From a virus (lineage: Duplodnaviria; Caudoviricetes), in IMG/VR virus record IMGVR_UViG_3300028569_002232, positions 1 through 46,615 of that record: a stretch of DNA of 46,615 nt. One strand, written 5' to 3'. Position numbers and translations under genes: made by a program. Below, piece after piece: positions 28,801-36,953 of this stretch. The notes below the pieces were generated by a model that saw only the letters and a list, made by a program, of their open reading frames with translations, was not told the origin of the DNA and did not search any database. Position 1 is the stretch's first letter. Each line of letters opens with the position of its first letter.

Positions 28801-31330
28801 ACCAATAATTTGCACCATTTGGATAATTAACAACATCTCTTCTTACGCCGTCTCCAACGTAACCAATAGATGGATCCCATTCTCCACGATATACTATACC
28901 TGCTCCTGCAAGTGATCTTCCAGACGCACCAAAATTAGTCTGTAAAATCATTCCTTCGTTAGGTCTCTCTCCGTTTATGGCTCGAATTTTTATATAATAG
29001 TTTCCGCCGCTTGTTGGAGCACCAAAAATTTGGTTAGAGGAGTTTAGATTAGCGTTTATTCCTGGTGGTAAATATGCATCTCCTATACCTGAAATAGTTG
29101 TAGCAGATATCTCAAATTGAGTAGCTCTAGAATTCGTTTGGATTTGGTAAAAAAATGCTTGATCTAATGGACTAGAAACAATGCTTGGACTTGTAAATAT
29201 GTCTGAATTTTGAGGCCTAAAACCACTTATAGCAGATACTTTTATATTTCTACCTTTTGTTATAATTTGATTTTCATAACCAATACCAGTATCATAATAT
29301 TCATTAAATAGAAAAACTTCACCGATTCCAGTTACATCTCCACCAAGTTTAGCTTCAATCACGGTATAACCCGTCGTATTATTACTCTCACCAGTTATTT
29401 GAATTAAATTTTTGCTAACTATTTCTAAAGGAATCTTTGCCAAGTCTTTAAAACCAAATATATTTGTTGTTCCTTGATAACCACTAAAATATATTTCATT
29501 AACATTAGATGCATTAATACCAGAAATAGTTATAAAACCAAGATTATTATATGTAGTATTAGAATTTGAAATATCGTAAATCGTAGGTAAAATGTCAATA
29601 CTTTTATTTGAAGGCAATATATAACTCTCACCAAATTTATTTCTTTTAATTTTAATTCTTGCTTGAGGGTTTCTTACTTCTCTTGGTACTTTAAATCTGA
29701 TGCCAGTCGCAGAATTTGAAACTTTAATTCCACTGATTGAATAGGCATTTGGTTCATCTATATTACCAGTAATTCCTAAGAATAAAACTTCCGAGTTAGT
29801 TAGATTTCCATAATCTCCAGAAGTTCCACTAGGACTATATATTTCTATTTCATCTAAATATTTCGCAGCTTGTATTCCAGATAAATATCTGATATCAACA
29901 TTAGCTTCAAAAAGCCTAGTAGTTGATACTAAAAGATCATTTGAATTATTAGATCTAATTAATTCGCCAGAACTAGGAAAATCTACAGAAAATATTTTAA
30001 GAGATGTGGTTGTATAAGCGTTTGGTAAAGCAAATGTAGCTTGTGTTGCGTCTTGATTTATTGTGATATCTTTTATTAAAACCTTTGGTTGACCTAAATC
30101 AATATATTTTATTCTTTGAAGATGTTTACCACTTATTCTAACAATTGTTCCAGTCCCAGCTAAAACATCATTTGGACTATAGCCACTTGCAATTAATTGA
30201 GGATAAGAAACGTTTAATAAATTTGAGCTTTTGTCTGAACCATAAACGCCAGAAACAAAAATGTAATCAGAAGAACTAAAATTTGGTATTTTAAAAGATA
30301 ATCCAGTATCTCCTACCAAAGAATATGAATTGACAGAAATATCACCGATTTTTAATGATTGAATAAAAGATAAATTATCTCCACTTGCCACTATATTTGT
30401 GGATTCTACTAGCCCTGTTTGAGGAGAAAAACTATGTATATTAGGATATCCAGATATATAAAAGCCAGTGAATTGAGCTCCGCTGGATATATCTTTAAAT
30501 TTAAGATTTTCTAAAATTCCACTTTGATTTTTTCTAATATTGTATGGTACTTGAAACTCTAAAAATTCTAAAGATCCTGTATTTTCGTATTTTTCATAAA
30601 GAAAATTAATTAAGGCTCCTCTGCCATTTCCGCTATTTGGAATGAATTCAATCCCAGAGTTTAAATTTGGAACTGTAAAAATACCAGAATTATTTATATT
30701 GAAACTTCCCAAAGAACCATCGATTCCTGTAATTGATACAGTTAGAACTGCGTAAGAATTCTGCTCGTATTTTTTAAGACCTTGAAGATTAAAAGTATTC
30801 CCGACTGAATATCCTGTGCCATAATTTTGAATATCTCCTCCAGTAACTCTATATAATCCAGTTTCTTGAAAAGATGGACGAACTTTATTTCCTGCGCTAT
30901 CAACAAACAAAAGATTTGCTCCAGGATATAAATTAGATCCAGAGACTTTAACATATTGACCAGGCAGAACATTCTTATTATCAAAACCACTTATACTAGG
31001 TTGATTTAGTATTTTTAAATTAAAATAATTAGTTGATAAATTTGCAGGATTATAAACTGAGACTCTATACTTAGATGGAGCTAAACCAGAAGGCGTAAAT
31101 CCCACTGTATTTAAAGATAGGGTATTGTTTATTCCAGATATATTTTCATTAAATCGGCCATTGAAAACAAATTTTGAATTAGGATCGTATACATTCTGTC
31201 CAGATATTTTTATAATATTTTTATTAAATTGTTCTCCAGAGATGATTATGGTCTCTCCATTAATTGCGACAGCCTCAGATGGAAACTGAATAACTGGTTG
31301 AGTGGATTGAATTGTAAAAAATACGCTCAT
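25886..31330 (-). CDS. large virion or tail fibre protein (IPT/TIG, Ig, beta-roll repeats, lectin-like modules)
   Basis: 1814 aa. IPT repeats (PSISGF...PGQYVKVSGSNL; P.I.SFSP..G....ASGDNL), He_PIG-like LPPGI...IFGAPT, and GG..N.I.G repeats. Confidence 0.7.
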   Translation of the reverse strand: MSVFFTIQSTQPVIQFPSEAVAINGETIIISGEQFNKNIIKISGQNVYDPNSKFVFNGRFNENISGINNTLSLNTVGFTPSGLAPSKYRVSVYNPANLSTNYFNLKILNQPSISGFDNKNVLPGQYVKVSGSNLYPGANLLFVDSAGNKVRPSFQETGLYRVTGGDIQNYGTGYSVGNTFNLQGLKKYEQNSYAVLTVSITGIDGSLGSFNINNSGIFTVPNLNSGIEFIPNSGNGRGALINFLYEKYENTGSLEFLEFQVPYNIRKNQSGILENLKFKDISSGAQFTGFYISGYPNIHSFSPQTGLVESTNIVASGDNLSFIQSLKIGDISVNSYSLVGDTGLSFKIPNFSSSDYIFVSGVYGSDKSSNLLNVSYPQLIASGYSPNDVLAGTGTIVRISGKHLQRIKYIDLGQPKVLIKDITINQDATQATFALPNAYTTTSLKIFSVDFPSSGELIRSNNSNDLLVSTTRLFEANVDIRYLSGIQAAKYLDEIEIYSPSGTSGDYGNLTNSEVLFLGITGNIDEPNAYSISGIKVSNSATGIRFKVPREVRNPQARIKIKRNKFGESYILPSNKSIDILPTIYDISNSNTTYNNLGFITISGINASNVNEIYFSGYQGTTNIFGFKDLAKIPLEIVSKNLIQITGESNNTTGYTVIEAKLGGDVTGIGEVFLFNEYYDTGIGYENQIITKGRNIKVSAISGFRPQNSDIFTSPSIVSSPLDQAFFYQIQTNSRATQFEISATTISGIGDAYLPPGINANLNSSNQIFGAPTSGGNYYIKIRAINGERPNEGMILQTNFGASGRSLAGAGIVYRGEWDPSIGYVGDGVRRDVVNYPNGANYWYAATTNTNSTPGPTNPNWIAFSNEFSATSTQISLSEQSNITSILNIGRLNVASGVIKSVNDIDSNLGSGFFLGYDNSYNPGKPKFRVGNSDNYIKFNGLGLDIVGPLSGILTTSRNILNSNNVVNSEHSVALGLNNLIESGSNNVFIFGTNNTASNSRRSSIIAGQANLITGLGAFISQDSNIVGGENNKIIGSFCNIGGGKNNIVDALSTGLAGIGNQIFSVSLTGEKNREIIYPLALYTNQLGILQNIKKTGEQDFYDIKLSNVTSTQLDVEFASVLDSEDLNIDIFSWISVYSQNLYSGSFGEDDKVSQFKVFSTGIASGVKDLRINFQTPFDGTDNIVVLNTLQSQDFYKNHITGVNRSGFNIVFSKSLDENVFAHFFAGNIGNFTGIKENLGKILEVGSVKPFANIIFGTGANFDIPIDRSQYIFQNVYKPDSNSLYIAKGREIEQNKLKIVLNNPIDPKNEYILLDAVSYTGTILNHNLQVYNTGLNSGLNTYSISLLSGIPESYIPIVDEIISGNNFYPYATSNHTQNQFNINFGNNLVEDVSFNVGIYRSGKYAFDSGSHFASSKIISGSNQNIFSIPFDLNLRKRPRILFNLENINNNNFYVANIEDITKTGFSIKLSNNLSSGEQLKINYLAVEGTGHEQYNAVNHILGYETFQLSKEIVINTENSASQEVKVFGRATSDNNLYYHIFTHSDPSRFDIKISDTISGQELKDLNFDYILTDLTRDLVLTRNLIGESAYGRLAGFGFDDVGSSTIGGGTGNFIKGLVSVIGGGVKNTILGDYNVIPGGRSNSISDFVSDFEAPKTVFCGVVAGNLNVITGNIQNAVILGGESNNIENTNRDVASESFASAIVGGKLNTISGSFSAILGGTHNNIRASYSYGVGRNIDIDKSGCMVLGDSTPTKKINLGSNTLTMHFASGIYITGVSSGVSPINLDLNNLPTGASNLPVGAIYRSGDFLKIKLF

Positions 31331-33054
31331 TCGAATAATCCTCCATTTTCATCCATCATTTGTATAGCGTATCTTCCTGTTGGAAGACTTCTTAGAGGAA
31401 TATACCCACTCAATAAATTCTTATTAATTATTCTAAAGTTAGTCTCAAAAGTACTCTGATTAGCTGGATAAATATTATCTGCATATCTGAAACGAACAAT
31501 GCAGTTATCGTATTGATATGGACTATCAATTAATATAGGTTTTTTAAAACTTTTTCCTTGTATAATTATGAGGCTACTACTAAAACCACTAGCTGGTAAA
31601 ACAGACAGAGGAATTGGAGTTTCTGTAAAATTATTTAAAAAATTTTTTGAAATTCCTGTACTATTTACCAATTTGATTCTACCATTTATATGATAATCAG
31701 TTGATGGTATTTGAAAAGATAAATTATTTTTATCACTTATTATTATATTTTCTAAAGGTATCTCTTCTTGAAAATTGTTTTGGTCCCCAGTCATGAGATA
31801 AACTTTTTTATAGTATAAATAATCGCCAGTATAAACAAATGTATCAAGATTTGTAAAATCACTAGATATAGTAAAGTAATTTAATTTAAAAGTACTGTTA
31901 TTGGTTGCATTTGGTACATTTATAGAGAATTGATTTCTTTCTAAATTAGATAAATTTGTTGATACGTATGTATTTCCTATCGCTATATTACTAATTTTTT
32001 CTTTACTTGTAAATACAAACGGTGGATATAAATTGTCTTGTCTATCTATTCCGCTCAATCGATCAAAATATACAATTTGAGAAGATGAATTTGCATCAAT
32101 ATCTATAGATTTTTTTTCAAAGAATGAAGATTCATACATAAATCCACTTGATCTTAAAACTAAAACATTTAAAGACATGCCTGTAGTTAAGACATTTGAT
32201 AGATTCAGAGCGAAGCTACTTGTAGTTTTACCGCTGATATAAGAGTCTAGATATGCGCTAGTGTTTTCATAACCAGAGTATTGACTTAAATTATAAAAAA
32301 CAGAATAATTTGCATCGCTAAATCCAGAAGTCAAATTGATTGTGTATGTTGATGATCCTGATGGTAATTGTCTTCTAAATGATTGAAAACCTGTGTTTGT
32401 CACATTAATCATAGAAAGTAAATGATTTTCATAATATTTCTGACTTAAATTAGTATTTTTTTTGTAATTTATTCTTAAAGATTCACCGCTAATAAAACTA
32501 AAATTATCTACATTTGATAATCTAAAATTATTTATTTCACCAGTTAAATTGAAGTTTTCAGCTAAAGTTATATTGGCAACACCACTTTTCGTATACATTG
32601 GTATATTAAAAATATTACTTTCTCCGCTGAAGTAGTAATTAATATCATTTAAGATCGGACTAGCATAAATAAAGCCAGTACTTATTGATGTTAAAACTTT
32701 ACCAGTTATATTGATAGTGGACCCCTCTGATCCATTTTTAGGGTCAAAATTCTCTATCTCAAATATAGGAAGAAAAGGTAAATTATTTTGCCCAGTAATT
32801 TGAAAAAAATTAGATGAAATTATTAATTTACCAGTATTAGGATTTGAAGGTACGAGAAAATCCATTTTTTGAGTTTGATCTATTAATGAGAAGTTTAAAC
32901 TTTCTCCACCAAAAGAAAGAGTATCCACATAATCTAGATCCTCACCATTTATAGATATTAATTGTCCTAAAACTCCAGTTGGACTAGAAGTAGAGGTAAT
33001 CTTAGGATTTGGCGGAATATATTGAAAAAATCCAGTTGAGGTAATGAGTCCCAT
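31327..33054 (-). CDS. IPT/TIG-domain virion protein
   Basis: PKITSTSSPTGVLGQLISINGEDL, FDPKNGSEGSTINITG and LPASG....IIIQGKSF. Confidence 0.7.
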   Translation of the reverse strand: MGLITSTGFFQYIPPNPKITSTSSPTGVLGQLISINGEDLDYVDTLSFGGESLNFSLIDQTQKMDFLVPSNPNTGKLIISSNFFQITGQNNLPFLPIFEIENFDPKNGSEGSTINITGKVLTSISTGFIYASPILNDINYYFSGESNIFNIPMYTKSGVANITLAENFNLTGEINNFRLSNVDNFSFISGESLRINYKKNTNLSQKYYENHLLSMINVTNTGFQSFRRQLPSGSSTYTINLTSGFSDANYSVFYNLSQYSGYENTSAYLDSYISGKTTSSFALNLSNVLTTGMSLNVLVLRSSGFMYESSFFEKKSIDIDANSSSQIVYFDRLSGIDRQDNLYPPFVFTSKEKISNIAIGNTYVSTNLSNLERNQFSINVPNATNNSTFKLNYFTISSDFTNLDTFVYTGDYLYYKKVYLMTGDQNNFQEEIPLENIIISDKNNLSFQIPSTDYHINGRIKLVNSTGISKNFLNNFTETPIPLSVLPASGFSSSLIIIQGKSFKKPILIDSPYQYDNCIVRFRYADNIYPANQSTFETNFRIINKNLLSGYIPLRSLPTGRYAIQMMDENGGLFE

Positions 33055-33058
33055 ATAT

Positions 33059-34030
33059 TTATGCTAATGTTAGCATCCTTATTTGTTGATTTGTTATATT
33101 TTTAACTCTAGGAACAACAGCTGTAATAATATTGTTATTATTAATAGCGAAACTATCCGCTTCGTATTCTCCAAAAAATACTTTGCCTACAAAATTAAAA
33201 TTTGTTCCAGAAATTTGAATTCTATCTTTATAGCGGCCAGAAGTGGGAGTGAAAGAAGATATAGTAGCCTCTTCAATAACATTGAATTGTCTTATAGTGA
33301 GTTCATTTGTTAAAAATTCTTCACTTTTAGCTTGAAATACTTTTTTAGTTAGAAATCCAGTAACGCCATACCCCTGAGTAATAAGAGAGGTACCAAAAGG
33401 AGCAGTGCCTAACGTAACTCCTACTCTAAAACCAGATATTTCTAGCAAAGGATTTAAATTGTCACAAGTTATATTTAAAGTAGTTTCTTTTAAACCAAAC
33501 ACTCCTCTTCTTTCAAAAGTATCACCAATATGTATCTCTGGTCTTATATCTGTAGAGTAGCTGTAAGAAGCATTTAAATAAGATCCAGTTAAATTTTGAT
33601 TATTAAAATTACTTATACTAATTTGATTTACGTGGACTATATTATTTAAGTTTTGTTGATTATCGTAGGTAGGTGAAAAAGTTCCTGTAGGAGTTCTAAA
33701 AAATAAAATTTCTGTTGTACATATTACTGGATTATTTGGACTGAATCTTGCATTATAACTTTTTATGTAACCTGTTTGTTGAATACCTCCAAAATTAAAA
33801 CTAACTCCTTCATCTAAATTTAATAAGTTCTTAATTATATCTTCGCCAGTATAATGATAGGTAAAACTTAAACCTCCTTGTATTGTATTTTCTACTCGAA
33901 TATCATCTGCGTGTCTTTGACCGATCTCAATGTAAGGACTAATTTGTGCTTCATATGAAAGTTGAGCTTCAGTTGCAACAATCAATTGATTATTGATTTT
34001 TAGATTTACATTTTTTCCATTGTAAAACAT
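33059..34030 (-). CDS. tail-tube-like protein with a C-terminal IPT domain
   Basis: Two beta-rich repeats (SY...I.P....G) followed by ISSFTPTSG......ISGTNF. Confidence 0.55.
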   Translation of the reverse strand: MFYNGKNVNLKINNQLIVATEAQLSYEAQISPYIEIGQRHADDIRVENTIQGGLSFTYHYTGEDIIKNLLNLDEGVSFNFGGIQQTGYIKSYNARFSPNNPVICTTEILFFRTPTGTFSPTYDNQQNLNNIVHVNQISISNFNNQNLTGSYLNASYSYSTDIRPEIHIGDTFERRGVFGLKETTLNITCDNLNPLLEISGFRVGVTLGTAPFGTSLITQGYGVTGFLTKKVFQAKSEEFLTNELTIRQFNVIEEATISSFTPTSGRYKDRIQISGTNFNFVGKVFFGEYEADSFAINNNNIITAVVPRVKNITNQQIRMLTLA

Positions 34031-34031
34031 A

Positions 34032-34862
34032 TTAATAATATTGAACTATAGTCTTACTTGATCTGACTATATCATCAAGATTAGATTCTAATGTAGAATT
34101 ATTAATAAATGCATCTGGCATTTCTATCGAAAAACTATTTGAATCTAAAAGCCCAGACATTTCAATTTTTAGTGGTATGTTTTGTCCAGTATAAACTAGT
34201 TTTGTAAATAAATTTTCTGTTATATTAACTGTTTCTTGAGCTCTTATGGGTTTTACTTCTAATGGAGTCTGACTTCCTAAAGCATATATAGGATTTAAAT
34301 TACATGTGAATGAATAAGAAAAGCTATATAAATCTGCAGTAAGTTCACTAGCAGTGCCTTTTGCAAAAACATTTCTACCAGATATAAGGTTGCTTTTAGA
34401 GCTATGAGCTATACTATTTGCAGAAGCTGTATTTGAATTACTTAAATTAGAAGGAGTTTGGAAAAAAGTATTTGTAATTACAGGCTCGTAAGTAATATAA
34501 CTTGCTTGAGCAGTTATTACATTATTAGGTTCTAATTTAAAACTATAATTATTTAAATAACATTTTTGCCCAGTAACACCTGCAAAACCAATAGTTACCC
34601 CATCATAGTTAGTGGGAGCAGCAATAAAACTCTTAATTTCTTTCACAGTATTAAAAGCTGGATCACCAGTAGGATTAATAAGATAAGATATCTGGAAAGT
34701 GCTAGAACTAGGCCCAGTTGTTACTTGATTTCTAAAGGGTTTTCTTTTGCCTAAAGTATAAATTGGTCCAAGAGTTATATCTGAATTAAAATTAGCAGAT
34801 ACAGCTAATACTCCAGTATTATTTATACTTATCTCGCATTGATCGTAATATATTCTAGCCAT
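34032..34862 (-). CDS. tail-tube-like protein (internally duplicated)
   Basis: PIYTLGKR and PIYALGSQ repeats in a beta-rich sequence. Confidence 0.55.
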   Translation of the reverse strand: MARIYYDQCEISINNTGVLAVSANFNSDITLGPIYTLGKRKPFRNQVTTGPSSSTFQISYLINPTGDPAFNTVKEIKSFIAAPTNYDGVTIGFAGVTGQKCYLNNYSFKLEPNNVITAQASYITYEPVITNTFFQTPSNLSNSNTASANSIAHSSKSNLISGRNVFAKGTASELTADLYSFSYSFTCNLNPIYALGSQTPLEVKPIRAQETVNITENLFTKLVYTGQNIPLKIEMSGLLDSNSFSIEMPDAFINNSTLESNLDDIVRSSKTIVQYY

Positions 34863-34865
34863 ATT

Positions 34866-34895
34866 CCTTACTCCTTTGCCTAGTTTAAATTACAC
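34866..34895 (-). promoter_or_regulatory. GTGTAATT motif plus AAGGAGTAAGG ribosome-binding site
   Basis: Reverse complement reads GTGTAATT (34895-34888) ... AAGGAGTAAGG-AAT-ATG. Confidence 0.6.
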
Positions 34896-34925
34896 TAACC
34901 AGTAATATTTATCACTTTAGCCATG

Positions 34926-35777
34926 CTAGAATGATATACTATTAACATTCGTTGCGTATGGTCCTGATTCAGATCTACTAATATGACTAGTATAAGTTAA
35001 TTGCATCAAACTACTACCATCTATATCTGTATTAAAATCTTCTTTAACTAATAGAGCATCCTTGAGGTTGAATGATTGAATGACAGTGGATGTGTTATTC
35101 TTATATAAATTTATATTAAAATTATAAACATTTTGATTATTAGGATAATCGAATAATTTTTTGTTTTGATAATCACTCAAAGATATAGAAAAGCTTGTTG
35201 TAACTATGATAGGATACTGTAATTTAACATCTACAGGCTTCACAGAGGTAGCATCAAAAACTGGAAGCCTATTACATTTAATATTGACCACTAGGTTATT
35301 AACCTTTTCATTTTCTAACTCATTAAAATCTATTTGTATATCACCTGGATTTACTATGTTTAAATTATTCTCATTCATAGTAAAAGGTAATATATTAGAC
35401 GAAACGTTACCAAAATCACTGTAAAAATTCCATTTGGTTGATATACTAGGTATTGTCCCTATTCCACAAGAAAAGTTGTATTCTGCCATATATCCGCTAT
35501 TCATACCAAAAGTATTATTATCGTATTGTACCTTTACGTTAGCTCCTAATTCGCCAGTATATTGAATAAATTGATCGCTATTTATAAATAAAGACTCTAA
35601 ATTTAGTGCTCCTACAAATATGCCAATTGGTACTCTGTTTAAATGATTACTATTAGAACCTAAGTATTTAAGCTCTTCTATGGGCAGGTCATAACTAGCA
35701 GAAATTGACTGAATACCCGTAAGAGGAGCATCGTCAATATAGACCCTGTTAAATTCTCTTGTAAATCTAGATAACAT
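34926..35777 (-). CDS. tail-tube-like protein (internally duplicated)
   Basis: LTGIQSISASYDLP....KYLG and a second repeat IKCNRLPVFD....P; appears paralogous to its neighbours. Confidence 0.55.
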   Translation of the reverse strand: MLSRFTREFNRVYIDDAPLTGIQSISASYDLPIEELKYLGSNSNHLNRVPIGIFVGALNLESLFINSDQFIQYTGELGANVKVQYDNNTFGMNSGYMAEYNFSCGIGTIPSISTKWNFYSDFGNVSSNILPFTMNENNLNIVNPGDIQIDFNELENEKVNNLVVNIKCNRLPVFDATSVKPVDVKLQYPIIVTTSFSISLSDYQNKKLFDYPNNQNVYNFNINLYKNNTSTVIQSFNLKDALLVKEDFNTDIDGSSLMQLTYTSHISRSESGPYATNVNSISF

Positions 35778-35778
35778 A

Positions 35779-35841
35779 CCTTATACCTTTTGGAAGAATT
35801 ACACCCCTTTAAGTGTAATTATTAATATAAAAGGAGCAAGG
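35779..35841. promoter_or_regulatory. divergent control region: inverted GTGTAATT motifs flanked by AAGG-N3-AAGG ribosome-binding sites
   Basis: AATTACAC (35797-35804), CCCTTTAA, GTGTAATT (35813-35820); CCTTATACCTT (35779-35789) and AAGGAGCAAGG (35831-35841). Confidence 0.7.
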
Positions 35842-35845
35842 TTTT

Positions 35846-36337
35846 ATGCAAGGAATATACGAAGAGCTATATACATTTTTGATCTCAGAAGATGTACCAG
35901 AAACTAGAGTTGCGGACTTTAAGGGATGGTTGAACTGGTATATAGAAAATAATTTATATCACATCCAAAGAGGCGCAGACAATTCAATCGAAAAATTAGT
36001 TTTTATTAGAAGATTAAACTCAAATGATATATCTGAATTTCCAGACTATCTTCACGCCTATATACCTAACGTAGAAAAAATAACTAAATTTAATTTACAT
36101 AGACCAGATGGAAATATTTTTTACGTAGAAATTCTAGTAGATAAAATAGAAAAAATAGATGATTTAAAAATAGAAAACATGAAGTTTGCATTTGACTGGG
36201 CTAAAAATCGTTTTAATATTAATCCTATTGATTTAAATTCATCAGATCTTTTACTTTTTTATAAAAAAGGACAAAAAGTTACCATGCAGTTAAAAGACAT
36301 GCAAGAACTTATTGTAAAAATTTTAGATTACAGTTGA
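35846..36337 (+). CDS. hypothetical protein
   Basis: 163-aa ORF with a strong ribosome-binding site, first gene of the tail-tip operon. Confidence 0.7.
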   Translation: MQGIYEELYTFLISEDVPETRVADFKGWLNWYIENNLYHIQRGADNSIEKLVFIRRLNSNDISEFPDYLHAYIPNVEKITKFNLHRPDGNIFYVEILVDKIEKIDDLKIENMKFAFDWAKNRFNINPIDLNSSDLLLFYKKGQKVTMQLKDMQELIVKILDYS

Positions 36338-36347
36338 GATAAAATTT

Positions 36348-36938
36348 ATGGGCATGGGTTATCCACAGGACAGTTTTAGAAAAGAAGATTCAAGTTCAGT
36401 CAATGATAAAATGATTCCTTGGGCGAATAAATCTTTAGGACATAGTTTTCTAAAAAATGACATTATTAAATACAAAGGTATATTTTGGTATTGCTTAAAA
36501 GATCATTTTAAAACATCTACAAGCGAACCAGGAACAGATAATGGAGCCCAATATTGGGGAGGAGTCACTTCAATATCAACAAAATCTATCTTAGCGGAAT
36601 TTTTTTGGATTCCTTCTTATGCTTCAACAATACAACATAAACCTTCAGTAGCCACAATAAGATTTGGCAATGGATACGAGCAAAGAATATCTAAATCTAT
36701 AAACCCAGATTTAAAAACTCTTCAGCTGACATTTGATCAAAGAACCTCTAGAGAAGCTAGAGCAATTATTCATTTTCTACAGCAAAGAAGTGCAGTTCAA
36801 GCTTTCGCTTATAATCCAGGAGATATTTATTCAGACAAAACTTATAGAACCAGATATGTCTGCAGAGAGTGGGAAACTGGCTTTACTTTTAAAGAAAACT
36901 ATTCTATCAAAGCGAAATTTGAAGAAGTATCTGCTTGA
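36348..36938 (+). CDS. minor tail protein, lambda gpM-like (distal tail)
   Basis: PSV..IRFGNGYEQR....IN, EA.AI..FL, VC.EW and AKFEEV. Confidence 0.85.
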   Translation: MGMGYPQDSFRKEDSSSVNDKMIPWANKSLGHSFLKNDIIKYKGIFWYCLKDHFKTSTSEPGTDNGAQYWGGVTSISTKSILAEFFWIPSYASTIQHKPSVATIRFGNGYEQRISKSINPDLKTLQLTFDQRTSREARAIIHFLQQRSAVQAFAYNPGDIYSDKTYRTRYVCREWETGFTFKENYSIKAKFEEVSA

Positions 36939-36953
36939 TGGAGAACAGATAAT

